Source: the human T2T-CHM13v2.0 reference genome, Homo sapiens. From it: a stretch of DNA of 64,000 nucleotides. The position numbers were made by a program, and so were the translations under genes. Shown piece after piece: positions 33,700 through 48,899 of the stretch. Location of the stretch: assembly GCF_009914755.1 (NCBI RefSeq), contig NC_060925.1; one strand, 5' to 3'. Below the pieces are notes generated by a model. The model was not told the origin of the DNA. It searched no databases and worked only from the letters and a program-made list of their open reading frames with translations. The first letter of the stretch is position 1. The number at the start of each line of letters is the position of its first letter.

Positions 33700-36520
33700 T
33701 TTTTCAAATGTTTTACTTTAGCTGTACCATTTGATGATTTTGACAAATGTACATACCTGTGAAACCATCACCCTAAACAAGGTATAGAACATTTCCATTA
33801 ACTTAAAAGTCTTCTCATGCCTCTTTGCTGTTAACTCCCAGCTCCCTTACACACACACACGCACACACACACCACATCCCCGACCCTGGCAGCTACTGAT
33901 TTTATTTCTAGCACTATAGATTAGTGTTATCTTTTCTAGGATTTCATGTAAATGGACCCATATAATACCCTCTCTGATCTGGCTTCTTTTTGCTCAGATG
34001 TTTTTGAGACTCATCCACGTTTTTGTGTGCATTGGTTTTCATTTTTCAGCAGAGTATATGCCGCTGTGTAAATATACCATAATTTATTTATCCATTTAAC
34101 TGTTGATGGACTTTTTGGTTGTTTCCAGCTTGAGATTATTATAAATAAAGCTGCTGTGGATAATCTGTCATCTATTCTATTTATCTTGCTATTTGTTTTC
34201 CTTCTGTTCAAATTTTTCCAAATATTTTATTCCTCTCTTTCTCCTTTCCTGACGTCATTTGGGTTAATAAAATGTTTTTAGTATTTCTTTTGTTGCCTCT
34301 ATTGGGTATGAAACTTCACCTTTTTGTTATTATTTTTAAGTGTTTTCTCTAGCACTAATAATAAATGTATTTATCAATGGCTATTTACAGTCCAATAATT
34401 TACCACTTCACTCTTTATACCTGACACTCATACTTCCCATTTGCTGCTTTTCATGTCACAAGTGTAATAATCTTACAAAAGTATAACTCCACTCACCTAC
34501 CCTCCCTTTGTTATTGTTGTATCTTTTACTTTCACATAGCTACCAACCTCACTTTATATTATTTTTCTTTTAAATGATGACTTTTATACTTACCCATTCA
34601 TTTACTATTTCCAGTGCTCTCCATTTCTCACTATAGATTGAAGTTGTGTATGGTATTATTTCCATTTAGCCTGAAGAATAATTTTTAGCATTTCTTATAG
34701 TGCAGGTCTTCACTATAAGAATTTTGAAGGATATTTCAAAAATCCTTCAAAAACTGGATTGACAGTTCTAAAATTTTTATTTCAGCACTTTAAAAATACA
34801 ATTCTATTGTCTTTTGCCCCTCGTTGATTCTGATGAGAAGTTAGTCATTTTTTTGTATCATTGTTGTCTTGTATTTAATGTGTCTTTTTTGTCCTCAGCT
34901 TTTCAGATTTTCTCTCTTTGGTTTTCTATATTTAATTATTATGTACCTACATAAATTGTTTTCTTTATGTTAATACTGCTTAAATCTTGGATCTAAGTCA
35001 ATGTAATCAAATTTAGGGAACTTTCAGTTAGTATATTTTCAAATAAGTTTTCTCTACTCACTTTTTAGGACTCTATTACATATACCTTAGATCATTTGAT
35101 ATTGCCTGAAAGGCCCTGAGCCTCTATTCATTTTTCTTCAGTTCCTTTTCTCCTTTTCACATTGGGAAATTTTTTATCTTCAATTTTTTTCTCCATTCTT
35201 CAGTTTCGAAAGTTTACCTTCAATTCTTTTTCTCTGTTCTTCAGATTGGAAGACGCTTGGATCTTTCTTCAAGATCACCAACTCTTTTTTCTGCTATCTA
35301 CAGTTTATTACTAAGCACATACAGTGACTTTTAAATTTTAATTGTAATTTTCCACTATATATTTTCCATTTGCTTTTTTTAAAAAAATAGCTTTTAGTTC
35401 TCTGCTGAGATATTCTATCTCTTCCCTCATTAAGACTATGTTTTCCAGACTGGGTGCGGTGGTTCACGTCTGTAATCCCAGCACTTTGGGAGGCCAAGGC
35501 AGGCAGATCACTTGAGGTCAGAAGTTCAAGACCAGCCTGGCCAACATGGTAAAACTTTGTCTCTACTAAAAATATAAAAATTAGCCAGGCGTGGTGGCAC
35601 ACACCTGTAGTCTCAGCTACCCGGGAGGCTGAGGCATGAGAATCACTTGAACCTGGGAGGCAGAGGTTGCAGTTAGCCGAGATCTTGCCACTGCTCTCTA
35701 GCCTAGGTGACAGAGCACAGCTCTGTCTCAAAAAAAAAGAAAAGACTATTATTTTCCTCTACTTATTTGAACACATTTTCCTTTGATTATTTTAACATAC
35801 TTATAATGGCTGCTGTAAAGCCTTTATCTGCTAAAACTAACAGGTGAGCACTCTTGGGGCTGGTTCATATTAACCACCCTTTAGTTTTTTGACTATGATA
35901 TTTGTTTGCATGTCTAATAATTGTTGTTTATGTACAAACTTTGTGGAAAATTTATGGTGGAGACCTTTGATAATTATCTCCTTTTGAAGAGTGTTGATTT
36001 TTGTTCTAGAAGTAGTTCAACTGCTGGCCCATCAACTTGAATTTAGGTAGGCTTAGTCCTATACTTTGTTAGCATGGATCTGTGGAAATTCCAAGGTGTT
36101 TCCCAAGTCCCTACTATGTGGCTGTATTCATCTCTACATGGGAACACTTTGGAGGCTGAGGCTTCATCACAGTGGGTCTTGAGTAGGTCTTATTCTGGAG
36201 GGTGGTCCTTGTTCATAAGTAGAGCCTTACTGGTGTTTCCATTGAATGACAGAGATATTAATGACATTAACTCAGTCCCTCCATTCTGGTTGGGGTGGAA
36301 CTCTAAAGTCCTCCAGCATGTTTGGATATCAGCCTTGTACTAGGGTCAAGAAATTTTCCCCAGATAGAGGGCAAGAGTGAGCTTTCCTTCTCTCAGAGAT
36401 TACAGTTTTGTGATGCCTGTTGTCTAATGCTTAGAAATAGTTGCCTCATATATTTTATTCAGTTTTATAGTTGTTTGTGGCAGGACAGTAGTCCTGTGCC
36501 AGTTATCCAGTCTTAACCAG
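33700..36520 (-). mobile_element. Old L1M fragments (L1MC/MD/ME) interrupted by an Alu
   Basis: ttttgacaaatgtacatacctgtgaaaccatcacc, tctgatgagaagttagtc, and ...aaccagaagcagaagtc terminus. Confidence 0.7.
35448..35743 (+). mobile_element. AluSz-like
   Basis: Full dimer; TSD aagactat..ttttcc on both sides. Confidence 0.95.
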
Positions 36521-38413
36521 AAGCAGAAGTCCCCCATGGGTATACAATGGCTTTGGTTTCTGGCTTGGATGACTAGGTGGTAATGGCTCCATTAACTGCA
36601 TAGGAAATCTAGGATCAAGAGCAAGTTTAGGAGGAACAATGATGAGTTAGTTTTTGTTCATGTTGCATAGAAGGTATGAGGGAGGCTCGTAGACATGACA
36701 GTTTTATGCATTAACAATTAACTTAAAATTGATCACCATTTGTGCATGTATAGAGTGTTTCTGTTATTTTACCTTTAAGTATTCTCTTTAAATAGTAAAA
36801 AAATACAAATAACATTGATTTTGACCTTTCCTTGAGTTATTTTATAATTAAAACCAAAGTTATAGTATAGAAAATGTTTGCAAAGACTTGAGAATTTTTT
36901 TCTTTTCCTTTTTATGAGGAGGGAATGAGCATCTATTTAATCTTGTGGTGAAACCATTTCTCTCCTTTTCTTCCGCCCTCCATGAGTATCATCTCTTGGC
37001 TACTGTAGACCAGATTTACTCTCTCTACCACACAGTGTTTCCATTGAAACAAGTCCTCCAATGAACCAACCACAAATGTGAAACTAAGGTACCAACTGAA
37101 CTGGAAGAACATGAGCAATAATGATGAATGTATTTGCGTGTTCCCATGAGCTAAGGAATTGAAGCAAAAAACACTCTCATTGTACAACTCTGAGCCATTC
37201 CTGTTCCACTAAAAGTTTAAGTTTTCCACTTGTAGAGTAAAGGACAATTGGGGATTAAACTGTAAAACTCCTTTAGCAGTTCAGGAGTAGCCACTGGCAA
37301 ATAAAAATTATACCATTCCTATTTCTGCATAACTCCAGAAGACGGCTTCTTGCTTATATCCAGGTCATGGCATTCCTTGTTAGTAGCTGGCAACTAAGAG
37401 GAGCCTTAAGCCAAAGGTCCACAGTGATTTGTATCCTCAGGCTTCCCTTCTAAATCTGTTAAATGCTGGTCCTAGACAAAAGGAACATTTGGTGCTACAG
37501 GCTTACCAGTTTCTTCTTCTCCCTTCTCCTCTTCATTCCCTTTTCCCACCTCTTTCCCCTACTCTGTTTCTGACTATGTCATGTTCCGCTCTTGATGCTA
37601 CACAGATGCATATTAATTTAAACTAATCTTGATTGCATAAAGACAAACAGCAGAGTGCTATTGCTTGCTTTGAGGGTTAGAGAAGGTGAAATAATTCATG
37701 ATGTTTTAACATTCTTTAGCTATCTTGGCAACTATTAAACAGTAGGCTGCTCTAAAGTCTGTATTTGTTTACTTATTTAACTATTTAAAATTCTAGTGCC
37801 TAACCCATGGAAAATGTCCTTGACAAATCTTTGCTATTGAATGAACATCAAGGAAATACACCTGTTCCAGTTACTTTGGAACAGGGAACACTAAAGAAAG
37901 GAAACATATTGGCACACAACTGGGTAGGTTGGCTTCCTGCCTTAGTGAAATGAAACAGGAATTCTTTACCAAAGAAATAGATATTGAATCTTGGACATAT
38001 CACTTACTACTCAGCTGCATGACAATGGACAACCTGCTTAATGTCTCTTGGTGTCAGTCTTCTCATTTGTAAAATGAAGGTAAACTTGTACTGACTTCAT
38101 AAAATTATTGTTAAGATAAAAGATTAGCACTACATATATGCCAGACACGGTAAGTTCTTTATATATAGTTATTACTGTAATTATTATTGTCATTATCAAA
38201 TCATTTTAAGAGAATAAATTAATAAGAATAATAATATTCATCAATACCAACCAGAAGGAGTAAATACACCTACTTTGGTTATTAACCAAAAATCTGACTT
38301 AGATCAAATTTTTCTTCTAGAAAATAATAAATTAGTTTTTGTAAAAGATTTTGAAAAACTTGTAAACCTATTCTCATGATGGAGGTAATATTCAGATATA
38401 TTTACCTGATAAC

Positions 38414-38883
38414 TGTAGTTGATTGAATTGTGTCCCCTGAAAAGCTATGTTCAAGCCCTAGCCCCTAGCACCTGTGAATGTGACCGTATTTGAAAATTGG
38501 GTCTTTGCAGATGTAATCAAGTTATGATGAAGTTATGGTAGATTAGGATGGGCCCTAAATCCGATAACTAGTGTCTGTGTGAGAAAGGAGAGGAAGATTC
38601 AGGCTTGTAGTCACAGATAAACAGAGAAGGTTGCCTTGTGAAATGGGGGCAGAGATTGGAATGACGCAGCTGCAAGCCAAGGAATGACAAAGAACACCCG
38701 CAACCACCAGAAGCCAGGAGGAGACAAAGAAGGATTCTTCCCTCAAGGCTTTACAGAGAGCATAGCCTCCAACACCTTGATTTTGGACTTTAAGCGTCCA
38801 GAACTGCAAGAGAATAAATTTCTGTTGTTTTAAGCTGAGATATTTGTGGTGCTTTGTTTTGGCATTCCTAGGAAACTAATATA
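38414..38883 (+). mobile_element. MLT1C-like solo LTR (ERVL-MaLR)
   Basis: tgtagttgattgaattgtgtcccc...aataaatttctgttgttttaagc...ggaaactaatata; 5-bp flanks ataac/atcac. Confidence 0.88.
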
Positions 38884-40239
38884 ATCACTTCAGAAGCAGG
38901 GAACCATTTTTTCTCCATTTTTAAGTTCATTGTGAAACAAAGCTTTAAAAATATTTTCAGTTGGATTTTGTTTAAAATATATGGTTTGTAGGCAGGAACT
39001 TCACACTTCATTTTCCTTTTAAACTTTTTTGGAGGGGAATGATATTTATAAACTATGGAAAGACAACTACAGAAAGAGGTGTTTTAAACATGGGGATGTG
39101 GTTAAGTAGTGTTAGTGATCTTGAAGGAGTGTGAGTTACATTCTAATACTGTGGAAGTCTTTATAATGTTTTCCAGGAGACCATGTTTTTGAACTCTATG
39201 TGCAGGAAACCATTATATGGGGGAAAATATTGCTTTATGGGTCTCTGGCTGGGAATTATGAGTGTTATGTATGAGAAAACATTGAAATTGGGGAAAGCGA
39301 GAGACATTATAACAAACTGATCTTGTGTGCTATATTCCAAAATGTCAAATTATGAGAGTGTTCATTCAAATTCATTCTTATGCAATTGCTTTTGTTCACA
39401 TTTTTGAAGTTGTTTTTACTTGCATTTTAAAACAAACACAAAACCTTTCACCCAAAAGCACACAGTGCTTTTTGAGATATCCTAGTTATACTTAGAGGGT
39501 AGAAGGCACAGGGCCAGCTCCCTAACTTATGAACAGACACTGAGGTCATTAAGTAGCACAGAGCATCCAAGATTTGGTCACCAGATAGTAGGGAAGAGAA
39601 GGAAGAGCTCTGAAGTTACATAGAGTCCAGATAGTTGTAGGATATTTTCCAATTCAGTTACATTTATTTTACCTTTTAATTTTCTTACCTACATAATGGA
39701 ATAATTCTTACCTTGTTGATTCTTAAATGGATTATTTGAACTAATATATACAAAGTAGATAGAATAATACCTAACATAAATAGCTCAATAAATGTCTTTT
39801 CTTCTTCTTCCCTGTTAAATCTTTAACACACACCTGAGATCACCTCTCTGCCTTTATATCCTGGAACTGGGGAGGGGCTGGATGAAATGCCAGCATCACA
39901 GACCCAAGTGATGGTTCAATGACTAGGCAATTCCAGCATCTGCCTTAGCAGCATGGAACCTGTTAGATTTCCTTTGGATGGAGTGGAGGCTTTTCACCAT
40001 TCCAAGCAGTGCCTGGGATTGTCTATTCTAGGTGTATTCACATTCTGTCCCAGCACTTGCAGAAGATTTCTGCTCACTTTGCAATTCTGGCATGGTGCGA
40101 AGGAAAGATTACTAAATTGGGAGCAATAAGAAATAGGCCAGGTAAATTTCCCTAATCTATCTGGTCCCTAATTCTGTCACCTGTAAAATAAGCAGGGGGG
40201 ATTAGATTGATCTCTGGGATAATTTTGGAGATGTTTTAG

Positions 40240-40872
40240 CTAAGATATATTTTGGAGTCAGCCAGCCTTTGGATTGAATCTTAGCTCCATTCCTTAATAA
40301 TCATTGGTCTTTGATAGGTCATTTAACCTCTCTGAACCTTAGCTGCTCCAGTTGTAGAGAAAGTATCTAATTTGAAAGGGTTATTGTAAGTTCAATGAGA
40401 AAAAAAATATTGGAAGCACCTGGAACAAATCAGACATTCAATAAACGTTACCTTTCACTAGATCAGTGGTTCTTTAACACGAATCAGAATTACCTAGAGG
40501 GCTTGCTTAAACACAGAAGTGGGCCCTCCAGAATTTCTGATTCAGTAATCAGGGCTAGGGTGGGACCCCCAAAATTCACATTTCTAACAAATGCCCAGGT
40601 ATTGTTGCTGATCCAGAAATCATTCCTGGAAAACCACTCTCTGGACCAGGGTTTGGCAAAGTATAGCAAGTGGGCCAAATTTGTCCCACTGCCTCTTTGT
40701 GTAAATAAAGTTTTATTGGAACACGGTTATGCTCATTGGTTCACATATTGTCTATGGCTGTTTTTTCACTGCAACATCAGAATTGAGTAGCTGTGGCAGA
40801 GACTTTATGGCCCACAAAACCTAAAATATTTACTATCTGGTCCTTTACAGAAACGTTAGCAGTCTGCTCTAG
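40240..40872. mobile_element. MIR + MER5A + MER58A cluster
   Basis: MIR 40240-40450; MER5A 40460-40640 (aatcagaattacctagagggcttg); MER58A 40647-40872 (gtaaataaagttttattggaacac). Confidence 0.75.
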
Positions 40873-43800
40873 ACTGTCACATGGTATTCTTCCCGAGGAG
40901 TTTTGGGGGCTCTGACAGAGAACGAGGTTTTTCAAGCTTTTTAATTAGTATATGAGATCACTAAACATATTCATTGTGTGTTTATGATAGCAATGCAGCC
41001 ACTTACTCTAAAATATATGATCACAAGTCTTGCTATCTCAAATGATTATCAAAAGCAAAGAGACAGAATTGCAGTTTTATGGGGGTGATTCATTAGAATT
41101 AATGACAAAACTAATAGGACCTTACCCAAATCTTTTCTTTTCCAACAGTCCTTTGTGGAGCCTGAAAGGCTTTTCTGAAGTGGGAAGGAGATCAAAGGTT
41201 CTTTAAATCAGAAAATCCAGCTTATCATACTAAGGAATCTCTGTGGTCAAGCTTAAATTTTTACACTGAGTTGTTTGTCCTGAGTCTGAGGCTCTCCAGA
41301 AAAGTCTTAGGAAATGATAGGTTCTTTGGGGGATCTGTCATAGTGTTGTTTTGCTTGTGGAACTTTGCGTTCTAATAATATTTGAACTTGAGGCACCAAG
41401 CACACAATGATGAAATACAGACGCTCCCTTGGTGGCATGAACACGGTGCCAGTCAGCTCCACGCTCTTTCCCATCTTATTCCAATTGCACTCACTCTCAT
41501 TCTATATTTTATCAACACTTTTTTCTTTTGCCTCTTAAAAGTGCAGTAGTCTTGGAGTCAGGCAGATCTAGATTCAAATCCTAGCTTTTTTTTTTTTTCT
41601 TTTAGAAATTGTGGGCCTGGGCCTCCATTTCCTCTTTTCTAAAATGGGCTAATAGAATAAAGTAGATATGGTGGACATGAAGCATTAGTGTCTGAAAAGT
41701 TCCTTGCAGAATTCCCGGTGCTTGTAAAGGCTGCATCAATGTAAGAGCTTTGTTTTCCACCCCCACCACACCCACCATTTTTTGCACTATGTAATGAGAC
41801 TAGTAATCTGTCTTTATTTAGTCCTTTAAAAATGGTTTCCTAAATAATAAGAATCTGAATCCTTTAAGATGAATTGTAGCCCTCACTCGGGGAACTGCCA
41901 TCAGTGAAAGAATCAAAAGCAGCTGGGAGCAGGCAAAGACTTTTCTTTAAAAGGCAGTTCAGGGAGCTGGAGAGTGCCAGAGGAATCACTTAGGCCAGGA
42001 TAAATTAATTGCTGCTGGGGAGCAGTTAATTGCTGTGGGAGAAGCCCCGTGGTGCTAATGAGGCAATTTACACTTGGGTTAAAAATAGTCACTAAATTCA
42101 AGTTGAAACAGATGGGGTCGAAAGTAATGACAATAGCCTGGGGCGATTATAGGTAGCTATAGGTGAACACATTAGTATTTAAAGAAAATGAATTGCTGAA
42201 TTAGTGAGGATACAAATAAGATTTTAAAAAAGAAACGCCATCTAAACATATTTGCATAGGCAAGAGATATATAGATAGTATTATAGTTTATTTTGATTAA
42301 ACATGGGTGGATGGAGAGCTTATTCTTGTAATCTGTACATCTGTACAACTATGTCTCCTTTCTAGAAGTAAGTCAAGCTATCTTACCAATATTTCCCCAA
42401 CGCTATATTTCCTGGCGACAGCCTTGTAATTGTTGGTGAAACCTCTATAAGCCTGTCCATCATTGCAATGGATCCAAAGTTGCTAAGCAAAACCATTTCT
42501 TTTAATCAAAACCAGACTCTGAATTTTAAATTTTGAAGGTAAACCTCTACAGTGCAACTCTCATTTCTCTTTGCTTCTCTGCTGTCAACCAGATAAAACA
42601 TTTTCCCATACCCTAAGCAGGCACCCTGTAATTCTTGATTCCTATTTACATAAATTTGCTTCATTTGTTCATCCCAAACACTGCAACCCCCTTCTCCAAC
42701 ACACTTATAGAGCAGCAGAGATCGCCTTGAGTTTCAGTATTCCTGTTCATCCTGGTAGATTATTGAGAGGTCCTGCAAAAGTCTTAAAACTAGTACAAAG
42801 ATGCTTACATGACAATCTGATCTCAGCAACATCTCACTGGTGCCTGCTGGAAACTTCATTAACAAGATTACAATGATGATTAGGACATGAAGTAATCTAT
42901 TTTTCTCCCAAACAGAAAAGCTTTACAATCTGAGAGCAGAAATACTTTGAATTCGATGTTAATTTTATAGCAGATTTTTCATGTGGTTTTACAGATAATG
43001 TCTTTCAAAGTTTCCTGTAACCTTTAAGTAAACAACTAGGACTTCTTAAAAGCACTGGAGAGCTGAATTAAGGATAAAAGGTTAAGATATGCTTTGTCTA
43101 CTAGAATGTGGTAGTTATAGAAATTCATCTGGTTTAGAGTTTAAATTTCCACCCTAGTCTAATTAATCAAGAATTTAAATTTCAGAAGGCAAGGAAAATT
43201 TGAGGTTGATTTGACCAAGGTTGGCCTGACCAAGATTTTTTTTAATCCAATTATTCCTAATTTATTCCAGAATCTTTCTTCCTGAAAAGGGTTTATGTTC
43301 AATTGCCTGTAAATAATAATCAATGGAGCTATAAGTTAACTTATTTATTGTTTAGATGTTGCAGAAACATTTTAGAAACATTCATAAAACACGAACAGTG
43401 ACAAGAACAGTCACTTCAGAATTTATCTAGCATTCTCAGGAATTCAACTATGTCAGGGGACAGCTCGTATAGTATTGTGACATCACCAGATGAAAAAAGG
43501 CACCACTGGAGAAAAAAAAAAACAGCCACCATAGAGAAAGGAAATTACATATCTCCAGGTAGAAATATTCACTAAAAATGGAAAACAATTATTTAAAAAG
43601 GAAAAAAGGCACGGAAAAGCCACTGAACAGGACTAATGGGGAAGCATTCCTTCCACCACTGATGCCTTGCATGGCCATTAATTTGCAATAGTCATCTTTC
43701 AGTTTTTCATGATTAAAATCATGGAGGTCTAATTTCTCAAAATAACTGGATCAGTGGCAGAGAACTTATCAAGAGGGTCAGACAATTACACAATGATCTT

Positions 43801-46019
43801 AGGACAATGTGTAAAAGGCATCCTGATGATTACAATGATGTCTTTGTTTTATGCCAGATCATCTTAATTTTATTTGGCCTCCTTGATGCTGGCGTTGGAA
43901 ATCACAAACAGCTGTTATTCATCAGTGCTCATTTGGTACATTCCACACAGCCCATCAGTTGTGAAGTGCAATCAATCAATCCCCCAATTTTTCAACAACC
44001 ACAGGGCCAGATAAGATATGCTTTCTTAAGACAAAACAGTTTCTGCTCTAGCTAGCAGTGTTTTACACTAGCCATGTACCTTGTTCTTATCTATTAATAT
44101 CATTTTTACCATTGCCCTTAACACCCCCATGACTAATAATACCATGTGCCTAATTTCAGGCCATGCCCTTGTCCTCATCTCAACTTTATTAGTTAACCCA
44201 AGTCTTGTTTTCTTGAGTGAGTGTCACAGATGGCAATCTTTTATAATTAGCACACTGGTCATACAGATTCAGTATTGTTTAGTGGATGGTAGGATAGACT
44301 TTTTTGTCTAGTGGCCCATGTGCACTCCATTTTCTCCCATCCACTCTGGGACCCCCATTAATAAAAATGTTATGTTCCTATGTTGAAGAAGCTGCAAAAT
44401 ATTTTTTTAATCATGCATATATGTGAGTAGGTATCCTCGGGGGAAAAATTGACTACATCAATCCATGATATCAATATTTTCATAAGGCATTATAGGTAAA
44501 ACATTGTGAGGAACTCTTAGTGGCTTCCTAAAAAAGACTATTATAGTTAACAATGTATGTTTTAGGTAGTAAAATACCTAATAAATATTTGTTTATCAAA
44601 TCCCATTTAAATTGCAGTGAGTAAAATTCCCTTTACTATAAGCTAAACTCAAGAAAAAATAAAAATTAATAAAATATTTTTGATATTAATTCTTCCAAAT
44701 GCTGGTTAATTTGACATGATTTGACTAATTTATTTCTGTAACAAAATGAAAAAATTTACAGTCTATGAACTTGGCAATAGGGAGGGGAAAAAAAAGGTGA
44801 GACTGAGGAAAAATTAGCATAAATTAAGGTACATGGGGAAACAATTGAGATGAAGCAATTTTCCAATATTGAAGAAATAGCATGCAGGCTGTCAAATAAA
44901 CTTAAATGTACCTCCTTGTGCCAGACTTGTAAGGTGGAGAATGCTGACATTGCTACTGGAGAACTTAGCATGACTCAACTATGGCTACCAACCCCTGTTT
45001 TGTGGGAGAATAACATTCATTAGCTATTATTAGTGATATTGAGGACATGACATCTTTCTTCCATCACTTAGTTACTAAGAAAAATGAGATATTCTAAGCC
45101 AATTCATCTGTAATAATGTAATGCCTGGTGTTTTCCTAAATCCACACCACCTCAAGATTTACTTTCACCCTGTGGTGTTGGAGCAATGCTGTCTTTCATA
45201 AGGGTAATCTGAGAAGTTATCCTTTGAATTTAAAACTCCACTAATTGGGCTCAGATTTGGGCCCCTAAATGGCTCTATCTCCTAGTCAAGTTCATATCAG
45301 CTGTCTCCATTGGTAGCTGTTCCTCAGAGACCATATTTCTATCTTGATGCCAGCACTTACCTGGTCATAACTAAAAGAATTCTATTTCCTCACCTGTATC
45401 CCTATACTTAAATGAAAGAGATTTATTGTTTTTGATTGCTGAATCAAAAGATGGTTTAATTGCTCTTCTGATTGCTAGCAAGTAAAGAAAGGCTAGTGAA
45501 TTTAGTTAAAATCTGAACTTGATGCAGCAAGCCAATTCAGAGATAGGTTTCTGCAATCAAAATTAACTGCAACATTGATTGGAATTAAGAAAAGGCATGG
45601 GAGTAAAGGTTAACATATCTTGAAAAGAATAAGAGTCTTAGAGGGAAAAGTACCTCCCCTCATCTATTTTCCCAAGACATCTTTCAAGGATCTTTTTGAA
45701 CTAGGAATCAAGACCATTTTCCTTGTTACAAAAGGTCTATATTCCTAAGGCAAAGGGCGCAGTGGATCTTACATTCTAGAAGTTTATATTGACAATGCCA
45801 AGCTTTGATATTGTGTATGTAGTGTGTATGCTAGGCAATTTGAAATAGGCCCTGTGATCTCAACAGTTGTCAATGATAAAACTTTTTTTTCCTGAACTTC
45901 AGCATGAACTTCTGAAAACTATTTTTTTTTCTTACATCTACTGTCCTACTGCCTAGACTTTGTAGGATGATTGTCCCATCTGTTTGAATGAAAACCCTGA
46001 CTTTGGCTGGGTTTGGATC

Positions 46020-46323
<304 letters not shown>

Positions 46324-46756
46324 CGGATCTTATCTTTTCCCACCTCAACTCATCAGATGATACCCTAGCCCATCAAACCACAAGGACCTATCTGCTTCTT
46401 CCCAGACTGACTGACTTCCCCTTCTCTGATCCAGTTGGCTACCTGGGCTCCCAGTCTGGGATTTCCTATTGCTGCCTGGCCCATCACCATGAGTTATGAA
46501 AATGTGCCAAGTACTGCAATATATTAGACTTCAATTGCTAAGAATCCTGCTTCAGGACGGAGTGGGTCATGCTGATTATCTTACTAAGTGATAGATGCAT
46601 TCATGGCTTCTGTCTCTGAGGAAAAAAATACACCACCTTCTTGTCAGAGCTAACAAGCATAAGTGAAATAAAAAGTTTGGGCCACATAATTTCAAAAATC
46701 TCTTTCCAATCTAAATGCTGGGTTTCACATTTTATATATAAGAAAACCGAGGCTCA

Positions 46757-47409
<653 letters not shown>

Positions 47410-48899
47410 CATAGTTCTGGTTTCATAGGGATAATGGAAGGACTACTTACTTGGTTTCATTGCCCTGCATTCTCTAACCTTTACAGGTAAGGTCACTTAA
47501 CCCTAACCTGTAGGCAGGGCACCATTCCAGATTTGGAGACTAATCTTATCCTCAGACCGGGGGAGCATGAGGCCCCTAAGCTGGTGATTCACTGATTCAG
47601 CACTGAGTTCCAGGCTTCCTCACACCCGCCGTTCCTTGCCTTATTCTTTAGTTGTACCGTGAAAATATCCAGTCTCCTCGGGGACTGGCTTACTGCCAAA
47701 GAACGCTACTCACCTTAAAACGTGAGTTTTCATAGACGGTAACTAAAATCCATCCCAAGACACATTTATGAGTTTATTTTACTCTACTTTAATATTTTAT
47801 CCAGTTGTGCAGGTGAGAAGTGAAACACTGTGAGAGGCAGCTGCAGCTGAATTGGGGAAAGCAGGGGTGAGGGTGGTTTGAGAAATACTCACAATGAATA
47901 AGCTTCCAGATTTCTAGCCACTGAAAAACGTGTTATTTCTAAAGACATTGAGCTCCTTTATCTTCTTTCACTTCTGACTTATAAAAGACTAAAAATGCAT
48001 GAAAGCCTTTGATGCTGAGTCAAAGAAATATCAGATAGAATTGTGGACCTCCCTCTTGAATAAAAGACATTCCACTATGATGTCATCAAAGATATGTTGA
48101 ATTCAAAATGTAGCCTAGGAAACTCTTCATGAATAGCTATGGTTTGGGTACAAGAATTTTAGAAATACTGACTCTGGCATAAAAATGAATGAATAGTCAT
48201 ACATAGCCATGACCGCAGATCATAGTTCACTGAACAACTTGTTAACAATTCTGAGAAAATCAGTCTAACAATAGAGAAATAAATAAATTATAATTCATCC
48301 AGTGAAAGAACTATTACACAAGCCTTTATTATAATTATGAAGAGCACACAGCACATTAACACAATTTGTTAAGTGAAAAGATATAAAATTGTGTGTCACT
48401 ATGAGTATAACAAGATTTTTAAATGTGCATAGGGGAAAAAGCTCTAGGAGAAACTTCCAAATCATTACATTAGGGTCGATGAAATTGTTATTATTTGCTT
48501 TTTTGTCACTTTCCAAGTTTTCTGCAATGTGGTTACATCGTTTTTATACTAAGAGAATACCTAAGTTAAAAGCAAATAATAAAATAAAAACTTCACAGGC
48601 ATCCTGGAATCCTAACCAGGACCCTGACTACTGTTGTGAGCACTGAGAAAGCCCTTGCCCAGAACAGGACCCTCACTTCCCTTTTACAAGCCTTGTGGCA
48701 GCCCTCGTCACATCTCTGAGACCAGAAATACCACTTCAAATACAAAAACAAACAAACAAACCTGTGGCCAAGTTAGGACATTTGGGACTAGTAGGTGTCA
48801 TGCATGCTCTTTTCTCAACTCCCTAAGGAAGGGCCAGGCTCCCTTCTTTGTCCTGCTCTTACTGCTCAGAAATGCCTCACCTCAGGTGCCATCTGCTAT

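Noticed and set aside
37861-37885. 9-bp hairpins here and at 31775-31797
   Set aside because: Isolated short stems occur by chance; no ncRNA or terminator context.
43356-43558. Possible plus-strand exon (ttgtttAG ... CAG|GTAGAA)
   Set aside because: Weak donor, no partner exons, no coding signal.
47467-47492. Recursive-splice-like ctctaacctttacAG|GTAAGG on plus
   Set aside because: No evidence of a plus-strand host transcript; can occur by chance.
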